From positions 58,530,001-58,594,000 of the forward strand of contig NW_024704743.1 in NCBI RefSeq assembly GCF_018977255.1: a DNA stretch of 64,000 nt, read 5' to 3'. Each line of letters begins with the position of its first letter. The first letter of the stretch is position 1. Below, in pieces: positions 13,411-25,513 of the stretch. The position numbers and the translations under genes are program-made. Source of the stretch: Callorhinchus milii (Eukaryota). The notes under the pieces are model-generated. The model was not told where the DNA came from. It saw only the letters and a list, made by a program, of their open reading frames with translations, and did not search any database.

Positions 13411-14081
13411 GACAATGTGTTCCGGAGGTCTCTGCAGGTAGGCATGTTGTTCTCCTCATTACATAGTTTGTACAGTGCCAAAACAGAGCATTCAGTCCAA
13501 CTAGGCCATTCTGATATTTATACTCCTCCCATCCTAATCCCCTCTCCTTATTTACCTCCTATACTCCTTCTCTCCCTTTCTCCCCAATATATGCAATGCA
13601 GTGCTGGGGGCCTTTACATTGTTGTAGGTTGGAGGTTCAGACATTAAACTGAGGGCCCATCTGTCTGTTCAGGGGAAAATTAAAGATCCTGAGGCTCACG
13701 TTCCTTATTATGAAATACCACAAATCAGACCACCAATGTCCTCACTTTATCTTTTAAGGTAACTAATAATTCAATTAATATATCTGAATTGGAGCTGAAC
13801 TTCAAATTTATCAAAAATAATTCCAGCTTAGATCCTCAGCCCTAAGAAAAGGTGTACAGTCAATTCACTTTACAGTAAATTCTGTGTAGAGCTTTGAGAC
13901 ACCTCAATGACTTGATAAGGCAGTGTATTAAATGCAAGGATTATTAATATTATTATTAAAAATATAGGAAAATAAGAACAGGATGAAGCCATTCTGGCCC
14001 CTCAGTTTATTAGGTCTTGGCAGATATTTTATTCCCAGTGCCTTTCACCATATCCATTAATACCTCGAATAGGAACATCTC

Positions 14082-14281
14082 AGGGAAGAAATTCCAGCTG
14101 GGATTTACTCTCTTTAGGTAACTTATGAATTTAATAAATTGTTAAATTCGATCTTAACTTTGAAGTCCATTTTCTGTACTCCTTCAAAGAAGTGACAAAA
14201 AAGGCTTCAAAATTAAAGATTGTATTTAAAAATCTCCACACCAGTGACATAGAGTAAATCGAGACCCAGCTGAAATTCTAC
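14082..14281. mobile_element. Palindromic MITE-like element, same family as 914-1122
   Basis: gaaattccagctggg-atttactct … agagtaaat…cccagctgaaattc. The internal tcttaactttgaagtc…ggcttcaaaattaaaga is shared with the first copy. Confidence 0.7.
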
Positions 14282-14634
14282 TTGATAATACAATACAATA
14301 TAAATTTACATTTATATCTCACTTTTATGATGGGCGGACATCCCAAGGCACTTAACAATGATGGTTTGGCACCCAAGCTGGGGAGACAAATGGGTGGGGA
14401 AATGAAAGATTACTAAAAGCTCTGTCAAAGAGATACAACTTGAGATGGATGTCTGATGATCTTCACCATCTCAAACATCTCCAACAATATTTTGATGTAA
14501 GTTTTCCAAATGAGCAATTGCTTTCATTGTGACGTATACGTGATTTATTTTCATGTGTAGGTGGGACACATGGAAATCTCAGCTTGGTTTGGATACTCTT
14601 AAGCATGGTGATACCACCCAAAAAATTAGCACCA

Positions 14635-15192
14635 CCATTTTACTGTGGGAAGGTGCCTGTGGATCAGACCACCCAAACATCCTGACTGAGGGAAAATTTA
14701 TTACAGGCAATGACGTGTGACCTGCAGGAAAAGAAAAATAGGGAGAAAAAAGACTTCAAGCAACTAATGAAAGCTTTAAAAAAACAAAAGGAACAAACAC
14801 AATGAAATCTTAATGACCTCAGCAATAAAGTGGTTAATGGGACATCATAATATATCATGGCAAATGTCAGGGGTAATAAGACAAGCACAAAGATTAGGTT
14901 TCAGCAGAATTACACAACTGTCAAAAACAAAAAAAGAAAAATCAATTCATGCCACTAACCATAGGGCACCACGTGAAGAGATTGGAGAATACAAGGGCTC
15001 CGGGATGATAAATGTTATTCTTTAATCGGGAAAGATATTGTGCAGCTTCTGAATGTGGAAAGAGCTAGGGATGGCAACGAGGTCTATCATAGGCAGACTG
15101 AGTAAATCAGGAGTTGTTCACAGGAATGGTTTCAAATTAGTACACAGATAATGGTTCACATTTCAGAAAGTGTTTTGTGCAGGTCTGTAAGA
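14635..15192 (+). mobile_element. Highly degraded LTR-retroelement/ERV pol remnant (RNase H C-terminus plus integrase)
   Basis: Across frameshifts, in order: KVPVDQ…ITGNDV-DL-GK (RNase H GNxxAD), HATNHR…GMINVI…YCAAS (HHCC finger), QELFT…TDNGSHFRKCFVQVCK (integrase core). Confidence 0.5.
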
Positions 15193-15194
15193 TA

Positions 15195-15620
15195 AATCAT
15201 AGAATCATAGAATATTACAGGACAGAAGGAGACCATTCAGACTATCACGCCTGTGCTGTCTCTTTGGAAGAGCTACCCATTCAGTCCCACTACCCTGCTC
15301 TTACCCCATATCCTTGCAATGTTTTCCTCTTCTAGTACCTATCCAATTCCCTTTTATAAGTTGTTATTGAATCTCTTTCAGGCAGTATATTCCAGACCAT
15401 AACAACTCTCTGTGTAAAAATATTTCTCCTCATCTACTCTGGTTCTTTTGCCAATTATCTTGAATCTATGTCCCCTGGTTACCGACCCACCTGCCAGTGG
15501 AAACAGTTTCTCCCTGTCTACTTTATCAAAACCCTCATAATTTTGAACGCTTCTATTAAATCTCCTCTTCTCTGCTCTAATGAGAACAATCCCAGCTTCT
15601 CTCGTCTCTCCACATTGAGA
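15195..15620 (-). mobile_element. CR1 LINE 3' end
   Basis: (ATTCTATG)-type tail and CR1 C-terminal coding on the minus strand. Confidence 0.85.
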
Positions 15621-15624
15621 CAGC

Positions 15625-16530
15625 GGAAGAGAGGAGAGGAGGAGAAGAGAAAGAGGAGGAGGGGGAGAGAGAGGGGGGGAGAGAAGGGAGATAGAGGAGA
15701 GAGATAGAGGGGTTAAAAGGAGGAGGTAAGAAGAGGGGGAGGGAAGGACACGCCTAATAATAATCCCTCCAAAAAAAAAAACAATAATAAATTGGTCATT
15801 TTCAATCTACGACTGTTTGTGGGACATTGCTGTGCGCAATTGGCTGCCGCGTTCGCCCACAAATATACAGTCAATTCACTTTACAGTGTGTTCTATGAAG
15901 CGCTTTGGGACGTCCTCCCCACGTGAAAAGCGCTATATCAAATGCAAGGATTATATTATTATTTGTCCGCCCCCTCTCTCAGGCACTCTCTCTCTCCTTC
16001 TTTCACACGCACTCTCTCAATTACTCTCTCTCACTCCACTTCTCACACCCTTCACCCTCTATTCTCTCTCAAACTCCACCTTCCTCCCGTCCTCCCGACA
16101 TGAAAGGCGCTCTATAAATGGAATCTTGTTGTTGTTGTTGTTGCTTCCCCATCCCAATGACTCTCTCACCCCTTTCCTTCTCTCTTCCCCCCTTTCCTTC
16201 CCTCACACACACTCCCTCTATCCCCTCTCAAACTCTCGTTTAATCTCCTCCCTCTCTGTTTCTTTCTCTCCCCATCTCCCTCACAATTACTCCCTCCCAT
16301 CTCACACTCTCTCTCACCACCTCTCACACTCTTCCCCTCTCACATTCTCTCTCAATCATTCTCTCACAGTCTCTCTCTCCCCCTTTCTTACCTCTCACAC
16401 ACATGGACTCTCTACTCTCTCCATTCCCTCCCTCTCTGCCCCTCCCCTCCCCCTCCTCTCACTCCCCTCTCCCCAACTCTCTCCCCCCCAGCCACCACTC
16501 TGTGCCCCCATTCTCTCTCCCCGCTTTCTC
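15625..16530. repeat. Low-complexity GA-rich then CT-rich tracts around SINE and L2 tails
   Basis: Purine-only run at 15625-15748; pyrimidine-rich 15965-16530. Explains the L/S/P-rich 243-aa ORF. Confidence 0.85.
15749..15962 (+). mobile_element. 5'-truncated short-subfamily SINE
   Basis: Near-identical to 18886-19095. Confidence 0.9.
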
Positions 16531-16765
16531 CCTGACAGACTGCAGTAAAGGCTCTGCTCGCTGCATCCTCCCAACAGCCGGATCCTGCCACTGCCCTGGG
16601 AAGAAGTTCACCAGGGAGGGAGGGAGTGAAAGTTGGAATGGTGGAAATGGTCACGGGCCACATAAAATCACCCAACGGGGCACTGTCAGCCCACGTGTCA
16701 CCTGCTGGACCAGGCTGAGATACAGAATGGTTGAATGTAAGTCCGGGTCTAGGAAGAATGCCCAC

Positions 16766-17146
16766 AATAATAATAATAATAATAATTCTTGCATTTGATA
16801 CAGCAGTTTATCACGTCTTCGAGATGTCCCAAAGCGCTTCACAGAATATACTGTAAAGTGAATTGACTGTATATTTTGTGGACGAAATGCAGCAGCCAAT
16901 TGCACACAGCAGTGTCCCACAAACAGTCATGGATTGAAGTGACTAATTTATTATTATTTTTTTGAAGAAATTATTACCCCCAGAAAAGCGATCCACCAAT
17001 CGACTAACAACCCGGTTCCTATTTACTGCTAGGTAAACAGAGGCATGTGGAGTAAGGAAACTTGCCCAACATTTCGCCCTCTCGGGAATCGAAACCAGGT
17101 CTCTCGCTTGCGGGGCGAGCGCTCTAACCACTGAGCTACAGGACTC
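16766..17146 (-). mobile_element. Full-length tRNA(Ala)-headed SINE, long subfamily with extra ~65-nt central segment
   Basis: Same head (CGC in the anticodon loop) and tail as 18787-19110, plus tctgtttacctagcagtaaataggaaccgggttgttagtcg. Confidence 0.92.
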
Positions 17147-17544
17147 TGCAATGGAACACTTACTGACACCATCTACTTCCGGTGACCAGAATTCCCATGG
17201 CGCACCTTTGCACACTTCCAGCCACCAGCAAGAACTGATACGTATAGCTGATATTATCAGTTATTCTCCAACACCTTTGCTTGTTTTCCTGTTTGAGAAA
17301 GACTGGTCAACAAACAACACATAAAACCAGTTCATTTACTGCAATCACCACTCCTGAAAGGTTCAGACAGATTGGAAACAAGTTAATTTATTTCCCAAAT
17401 TCAAGAGGGATAGAGCTTTACCTAGCCCTACAGAAACTAATGGAATTAATCATTGCAAACAAAGTTTAAGATAACTTATAGTTAAAAAAATAATGACAGC
17501 CAATGTTTTGCCAACCTTCTGCTTTGTACCAAAGATATCAGCTG

Positions 17545-17905
17545 GCACTCCAGCACAGTACTGAGGGTCCTCTGCGATGTGACAGGTACGATTTTTCAGG
17601 TGAGATTTTAAACAAAGGTTCTGTGTGCCAGTTCAGATGGACATTAAAGATCCCATTAAGACATTAAAGACATTAAAGACACTATTCAAAAAGAGAAGGG
17701 ACTTTCCCTGGTATTCTGGTTAACAATCCCCCAGATAAAATTAATCATTCACTTCATGACATTTTGTGAGATATTGATATGTGAAAATTAATTATCGTGT
17801 TTGTCTACAAAATACACAGTCACTACACTTGATAGCAATGAACTGTGAAGTACATTGAGACATTTTGAAGTTATATGAGTTGTATCAAGTGCAAGGATTA
17901 TTGTT
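17545..17905 (+). mobile_element. Older DeuSINE
   Basis: cactccagcacagtactgagg…aaagatccca…actattcaaaaagagaaggg and tail. Confidence 0.78.
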
Positions 17906-18099
17906 ATGGATGTTTTGGAAAAGGTAACTTCCCAATATGAGAGTGAGAAGTCATTTCATGTTGTTTACTGAGACTTGCAAAAATCTGATAAGCACCACAC
18001 GATAGATCACATCATACAATGATTTCACTGGGGAGCAAGCGTAAAACACAGACAAGGATAAATAACTGGCTGAAGGGAAGGAAACAGATTGGGGAAGGA

Positions 18100-18510
18100 A
18101 ATAATAATCCTATTATCCTTGTATTTGAATAGCATCATCAAGGTATTTCAATCACAGGATATGCTGTAAAGTGTTGTCACTGTGTGTATTTTGTGGGCGG
18201 ATGCAGCAGTCAATTTATGCACAGTAATGTACCAGAAACAGCCAGGGAGGTGAGTGATGAATTTTATTTTGGGGTTGTTAGCTAAGACACCAGGATAAAC
18301 TCCATTCTTGTTTCGAATATTGCAGACTCCACCTGAACAGGCATGCAAGACCTTGGTTTAACATTTCATCTGAAAGACAGTACTTCCAATAGTGCAGTAC
18401 ACCCCAAAACTGCATTGGAATGTCAGCAAACTCTATATGTGCTCCAAGTCCTGACGTGGGACCTGAACGCACAAATGTCTGACTCAGAGTAAGAATGCTA
18501 CCAACTGCCT
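18100..18510 (-). mobile_element. Older DeuSINE, near full length
   Basis: Collinear with 51640-51995. Confidence 0.8.
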
Positions 18511-18786
18511 CAGAGGTCTGAGCTGGTATCCTTCCTTTTATACATAAATGACCAGAGTTTACAGAATCAGTGTGAGGTAGTTAAATTTGCTGACAAGACT
18601 AAGGGGAATTATGGAATTTACAGGAGGCAACCGAGATCTTACTAAGATAGCTTTATATATTTCTGGGCTGACCACTGACAAATGAAATTCAATTAAAATA
18701 AAAGTAGGGTGCCATACATGTAATGTTAAACTATAGGTAACATGTACTCCATGGACAAGATAGAACTTGTGAAGGAGAAGATGAAA

Positions 18787-19110
18787 GAGTCCTGTAGCTC
18801 AGTGGTTAGAGCACTCGCTTTGCAAGTGAGAGACCTGAGTTCAATTCCAGGCAGGGCGAAACCTTGGGCAAGTTTCCTTACTCCACACGCCTAATAATAA
18901 TCCCTCCAAAACCAAAAACAATAATAAATTGGTCATTTTCAATTTACGACTGTTTGTGGGACATTGCTGTGCGCAATTGGCTGCCGCGTTCGCCCACAAA
19001 TATACAGTCAATTCACTTTACAGTGTGTTCTGTGAAGCGCTTTGGGACGTCCTCCCGATGTGAAAAGCGCTATATCAAATGCAAGGATTATTATTAGGAT
19101 TATTATTATT
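18787..19110 (+). mobile_element. Full-length tRNA(Ala)-headed SINE, short subfamily, with Deu-like 3' domain and L2 tail
   Basis: A box TAGCTCAGTGG, anticodon arm CTCGC-TTTGCAA-GTGAG, B box GAGTTCAATTCC. Body tgtttgtgggacattgctgtgcgcaattggctgccgcg. The 3' end is shared with local L2, followed by (TTA)n. Confidence 0.92.
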
Positions 19111-19782
19111 AGTTGACTCATCGCTCACCATGTCAAAATAGTGATAAGCAGCAATAACAAGGCAAACAGGATGGTAGGTTATACTGACAAGTTACCTGTG
19201 TCCAGATCCTCAGACGTCCTGCTAAAGCTAATGCAATGGTCAGGCCACACATAGAGTAACTGTATACAATTTTAATTGCCGCAACATAAATCATCTGTCC
19301 AGGCCCTAGAAGGCAGTGCAGAGAAAAAGAACAAAGATTATCCCTAGTGCAAGAGGGATAAGCTATGAAAAATGATCAGTTGAGCTGGGCTCTTCAGCTT
19401 TGAAAGGAGGTGGCTCTATAGACGTGATTAAGATATTAAATGAGATTGAGAAAATAAGTCCAGAATGGTAGCTTCAGTGGTACCAAGTTAACAAGATGAG
19501 TGGGCATGAGTTCACGGTTGTGAAATGCAATTTCAAGACAGATATTGAGAAGTATTTCTTTGAATAGAAGATAATTAACAGCAGGAACAGATTCCCAGGA
19601 AGGGTGGAGAGCTTTCATCATCTGTACCTCTCCTCTCTTGTGATCATGTGAATAGTGTGTATAGGATATTATCTCACTTTATACACTGGAGTGCTTGAAT
19701 TTATTTGTAAGATTGGTACGATTGTTCACCACTTTTATTCTTCAAGATGAGATGAACGCATTTTATGAAAGCTATAATTTAC

Positions 19783-19893
19783 CAGTGTGGCAGCCAGCAA
19801 CTTGTGGCTATTTACAATCGGGATCATCATTAGTTTGCACCCCTGGGGCAACCGTTCATCCAACATCAATAGAGTATTCAAGGCTTTTGAAAC
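19783..19893 (-). CDS. Candidate isolated 111-nt coding exon, product unknown
   Basis: ttttatttattgtggccag|GTT…CTG|gtaaat. Phase 0-0, open in one frame only: VSKALNTLLMLDERLPQGCKLMMIPIVNSHKLLAATL. No homology recognised. Confidence 0.25.
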
Positions 19894-21479
19894 CTGGCCA
19901 CAATAAATAAAATATTGTACAATAACATGAAAATCTTCTCGGTTGTGGATGAATTCAAACATAAATACATTTATACCTATAATACTTACAGAATACATGT
20001 CTCAAAGGGAAGTTTTATAAAGTAGGTATGTGCCATGCACCATTGTTTCCTGTATTTCATTATGGCATTAACTTCCCATTACTAGCAATTTGTTTCACAT
20101 TAAAATATATATTTACAATAGCTGTAGCCACTTCAATGATCTTAAATGGGCTTGAGCCCCCAGAGTCAATTGTATCCAATGTAATTGTTTGATGTCTTAC
20201 AAAGTTTGCTCTTATGTTTAAAGCATGTCAATGTATTGGACTAAATGCTATATTTTTCTTTGCTAATTATGTTTGCTTTGTGTCACTTTTACATAGGCAT
20301 TGCACACTGAATTGGCAGTCTGTGCAATGTCCTGCATGAAATGCGATATGCCTGTTTACTGCAATGTATTTTTTAGGGCACGACAAAACATGGAGTTGAG
20401 TGCAGATGGCTGCTGCTTTTAAAGTTCTGTCAAGTTTTTCATCCTCAGAACTAACTCATGTTGCTTCAGGTTTGAAGATTGTTCTGACACACATTGTTGC
20501 CTGAGATTTAGCATCGATAAGCAAATACTTTATCTGACCTGTGGGATGAGTTATAAGAGGTTATGGAGTACCTTGTTAACATGAATTGAACATTGTTGGT
20601 GTCAAGAAAGATAGATGATGATTGCCCTCATATTCAATGCTATCATCATCTTTCAGACCTGTCATGAAACCTACCTCCCCTGTGCCATCTGCATCTATTC
20701 ATTAACCATTTCAGTAGTTTGCAAACTCCCTCATTTACTTCACTAATTCTTCACAAAACTCCCTTGGCTCTTTCCTGGCTTCCTGCTGTACTTATGCATC
20801 AGTGCCTTCTGCAGTTGTGCACTATTTGTCACATTGCCAAGCTTTATATCTGAATGTGGACTATATATTCCACATTTTTCACTCTGTATAGAATCATAAA
20901 ATAAGGGAAAATACAGCATAGATGAATAGCATTTTTTGATCCTCCTTCTTAACTCTTCTTATAATATTTAACCATAAATGATACATTAATACATTAATCA
21001 ATTTTGTGTTCTAGCAATTCACTCTCTCAAAGTAAAATGTATCCAGTGCATACTAAACTGTTCAACTCTGCCTCTTATTTCACACTTTCCTCCCATAATT
21101 AGTTTACTTCTTCCTCAGCCTATCCAATGTCCTCCCCAAAGAGCCTCATTGCTACAGTTAACTGACTCATGTCTGTCATTTTCAAGTCGGGATGCTTCAG
21201 GTTACCAAATTCCACTGAATTTAATCTTCCCAGACAATTTTGCAAAATTATAAATGTTGAAACAAAACAGTCTTACAAGTTAAGACAAGGTGGAACTTAG
21301 GGCCTCCTCACTCTCAGAGTACTTTTTACAGCCCCACTGGATTATTTAGCTGCGTTTTGACAAATGAAAGTTATTTGTTTTCAAGAGATGTTCAGTGATT
21401 GGTGTTTTTGTTGCTCAAGATGACCATGATGATATTTAGTTGCCAGTGGGCTGTATTGATGAATGTGTAGGCTGTAACA

Positions 21480-21870
21480 GTAATTCTTATATTTGATATA
21501 GGACCTTATCTCCCACATCACCAAGATGTCACAAAGCACTGGATAGGATATGCTGTGAAATGTAGTGACTGTGTATTTTGTGGGCGAACACAGCATCGAA
21601 TTTACATACAGTAAAGTCCCACTAACAACCATGGACTGTGTGACCAATTTTATTCTTAGCCAGGACACCAGGATAACTTCCCTTCTCTTTATGAATACAC
21701 AGACAGGACCTTAGTTTAACATCTCATTCAAAGGATGTTACCACCAACAATGCAGAACACCTGCACCACTGCATAGACTACATGGATTCCAAGTCCTGAC
21801 TTGGGGCTTAAACCTACAATTTACTTACTCAGAGGTGAGAGTGTTACCAACTGAGCCAGGCTGACACTTA
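21480..21870 (-). mobile_element. Older DeuSINE, near full length
   Basis: Collinear with the other copies. Confidence 0.78.
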
Positions 21871-22942
21871 TATAAATGGAAAGAACAAAACATAATGCAA
21901 TTTACAATACTGAACCAATAATAAAGAGTGTCTCAGAAAAAAGGCATAATGGTAGAGACATTAATGTATCTTTTCAGATGGCATAATTTATTGCTGGTTT
22001 GTTGGATTGGCCCTCACAGTGGTGGCTAAAATATTTATTGTAGTCTTCTTCTCTCCATTGTCCAGTGTTCATGTGATAACCAGACATGCCATTGCTAAGT
22101 TATTTGGGGGTTCAATTTGCAATATTTGTAAAAAGGATAATTGATCTCGAGAAGCCAGCAAGGATGGCATTGACGAAGTCAATTCTAGAAAAAATGAAGG
22201 CATGGATAACATATGGATTTACACCATCTTACAGGTTTAGTAATTCAAAATAAAACAGTAAACATGGATATAAAACTTCCCTTTATGTAAAACCCCATTG
22301 ACTATGGATGTTACATATTTTCTTTCACATTGACCGCTGTTTTTTGTTATGAAGAAAACATTTCATAGGCATGATGTACAACATGAGTTTCTCCCAATTA
22401 TTGACAGCTTTTATATCAGTGCATTTGTCTTTGTCTCTCCATTTAATCCGTCATATTATTTCACCTGTTATTGCCTGTTTTCCCTTCAACCATAGAAATC
22501 AATGACACAGTAGGAGGCCATTGTATTAGGGTCAGTGTTCGCTGCTCCAATGCAGCCATCTATCCTAATCCCAATTCCCTGCTCTTTCTCCACAGCCTCT
22601 AATATCCTTCCTCCACATGAGCTTATCTAAGTCTCTTTTAAATGCCACCAACTGCAATAACAGACCGCCTGGAAAAACATTCAGTTCCTTCTCATTTAGG
22701 ATAGTAAATGTAATTTCCTGGCTATGCAAAGTCAAATTGAAGAGGAGACCTCTAAATTTGATCTTTGTGTTGCAGTTTCCACTGAAATATCAGTTTTAAG
22801 CATTTCAGCAAACAATCATGGGCACATATGAATCTGTACGATACATCATCACCAGAGATAGTTATTAACTGCTTCATATTACATGTATGAACAGCTGACT
22901 GGCTTTTTTATTGTAACATATACATCATTAGCAGAATTTAAT

Positions 22943-23152
22943 GATAATAATAATAATCCTTGCATTTGATATAGTGCTTTTCACATCTTCTAGACGTCTC
23001 AAAGCGCTTCACAGAATATACTGTAAAGTGAATTGTCTATATTTGTGGGCAAAACGCGGCAGCCAATTGCACACAGCAGTGTCCCACAAACAAATGTGGA
23101 TTGAGTAAACAACTTATTATTATTTTTTTCTTGCAGGATTATTATCAGGCGT
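22943..23152 (-). mobile_element. 5'-truncated SINE
   Basis: Similar to 10966-11195. Confidence 0.85.
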
Positions 23153-23254
23153 AAATGATATCCTATTTACTTGATAGTTTAATGCACTTCCACCTAACCA
23201 GGGATGTTCTCAAAGGTTAGATGCTGTGGTTGAAGATCCCTGCTGGTCAAGATC

Positions 23255-23580
23255 ATAACAACACAAATTGGATTTATATAGCACTTTTTATGTCAGGAGG
23301 ACATCCCAAGGCGCTGGACAGTCCTACAGTTTGCACCTGAGCTGACGGTTGGAATCAAGAGGGGTGGAGGACTGTGGGGGTGGTAGTGGGAGGATGGCTT
23401 TGGAACTGGGGTGGAGTTTCAAAGAGTGAAGCCGAGTGGGGAGAATGGGCAAGGTGGTAAGGTTTCAGCGGGTCAAAGAGGTAGGAAGAGGCAACAGGGA
23501 GCGCTTTAAATGTGAGGACAAGAATCTTAAACTTGTTCATCTGGGGCATGTGGAGCCAGTGGAGCTGGGCGAGGATGGGG
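23255..23580 (-). mobile_element. L2 LINE 3' fragment
   Basis: FKILVLTFKAL motif and L2 tail sequence. Confidence 0.75.
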
Positions 23581-25257
23581 CTTCAAGCCCCATGTTGGGA
23601 CTAGAAGAAACTAGAAGCAAAGGATATTTTTTATTTGAAATTTTGTATTTTTTCTAGTTAAGGATTATGTTTTCATAAAACTCCCTGATGGTTGAAAAGC
23701 TTTAACACTGTAAGGCCATTGTTTCATTCAGTGTCACATTGCACAGCCCATAGATGTAAAACAATGATCAGCCCCAGATGAACAACTCATTCAGCTATAT
23801 CAAATGCAGGATTATTATTATTTGTAAACAATTGCCATACACCTACAGGTAGTTTAAGAGTGCAGGACCATGTATAAGAATTTTTTAAACTTTTTTGGGG
23901 GTGAGCTAGGTCGGTGTCTGACACATGCGAAAACCCATCACTAATTTTTACTTCTGGGGAATGAGTCATATTCCAAACTTCCATCTATCTGTCATTTTCA
24001 TTGTCAGATCCTGATCAACTTCTAACATTTTCTGTTTTTATTTGATTCCTAGCATCCGGATTTTTCCTTTTTATCTGAACAATTATGGGTGTTGAAGAGG
24101 CACAATATCAACCAGCCCTGCTGGCCATCCCTGCTCATCTCTTCCGGGATTTCCTTTCTTGTTCTCAGGAAGTCTCATAGGATTTGGAGGACATCAGAGC
24201 TTACAGAGAACAACTCATTCCGCTTCCCTAACAATAGCATATGCAATGTAATTCTCTGAAGGCTAAGGCTATTGTTGCACTCTTCAAGTCACTATCTGTA
24301 TTCTACGGGTCAAATTCGCACTTAGTTATTTTATTCTAGCCTTTAGCAGCAGTCTCAGTGCTTCATCCAAAACCGAAACATCACAGAAAACCCTCAGCGG
24401 GAAACAGTTGCTCTTTATCAGGCCCCAAGAGCACTGTATTATTTTATTGCTCAGAGGGCAATTTGCTAATTGTTATTTTTAACTCTCAGAGCACACACAT
24501 ATTACATGTTACAAGAAGTAGGAAAAGTAATATGTTGAGCTTCAGTTATTTTTAGTGCAAGAGCAACACACAAAACAAGACTTTCAGATCAGTCCTGAAT
24601 CCAACAGCAGCTTGCATTTATATAACACCTTCATGTAGGATAATGTCTCGAAGTGCAACATAGTGGCTGGTCGGACTCTGAACAAGGGAGAACAGCGTGG
24701 GGAGGGTGACCACAGGCACTGTTGAAGCGGTAGTTTTAAAATGGGATTGAAAGACCGATAGCGAGAAGGCGAGGCATAAGAGTACAGGCAGAGTTTCAAT
24801 GGTTAGGAGCATAGTGACTGATCCAGTGAAAGATATTTAAATTTCTCATAGAATTACATAAAATCTACAGCACCAGAATAGACCATTCAGTTCAGCTAGG
24901 TGATGCTGGTGTTTTTACTCCACGTGAGCCTCTACCCACCCTACTCTCCCTTCCCAGCTTCCCCCAGTACCTTTGACCTTGTCCTTATGTTCTTTGAGAC
25001 ATCCTTTCGATGCTAAAGCCACTGTATAAATATAAATTATATTTTGTTGTCTTCCCCCTCCACTCCTCCCCTCATTTCCCACATGAACCCCACTACCTAC
25101 CCTTGACTTAATTCCTGCAACACTCGTGTCCACCCAGCTTCCCCCTTACTTCTCTGATACTGGGGTCAGCAATCTCTCCCTCACTACTGACACATTCCCT
25201 TCGCTTTCCAAACTACTATGATCCCATACCCTATCATACTTTTTCTTCCATACCTGC

Positions 25258-25513
25258 TTTCTGCCACTCTGCCCCCACCCTCTGGAACTCCATCCCGCAG
25301 TCCCTCTGTCTCACCCTTTCCCTTGCCTCCTTCAAAACCCATCTCAAGACCCTCCTCTTTAACCGTGCTTTCAATCACCCTGCTTTCCCCCTGCCTGCCA
25401 TCTTCCCCAATCCCGACCCCCAGTTCGGGTCCAAAACACTGATTGTCCAGCGTCTTGGGACGTCCTCCCGACGTGAAAGGTGTTATACAAATGTAATTTT
25501 GCTGTTGTTGTTG
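25258..25513 (+). mobile_element. L2 LINE 3' end
   Basis: ccctctggaactccatccc…cttgggacgtcctcccgacgtgaaagg…(GTT)n. Confidence 0.85.

Larger units (their letters stand above)
17940..19620 (+). mobile_element. Old degraded CR1 RT region interrupted by two SINEs
   Basis: Remnants of VVYxDxQK, NWLKGRKQ, YIND, KFADxTK, VRPHxE and LFSFERR in collinear order around inserts at about 18100-18510 and 18787-19110. Confidence 0.7.

Noticed and set aside
15817..16548. 243-aa ORF
   Set aside because: Read-through of a SINE, an L2 tail and a CT-rich low-complexity tract.
18787..18860. tRNA-Ala gene (also 17075-17146 and 53074-53148)
   Set aside because: The acceptor stem does not pair and each copy runs into a SINE body, so these are SINE heads.
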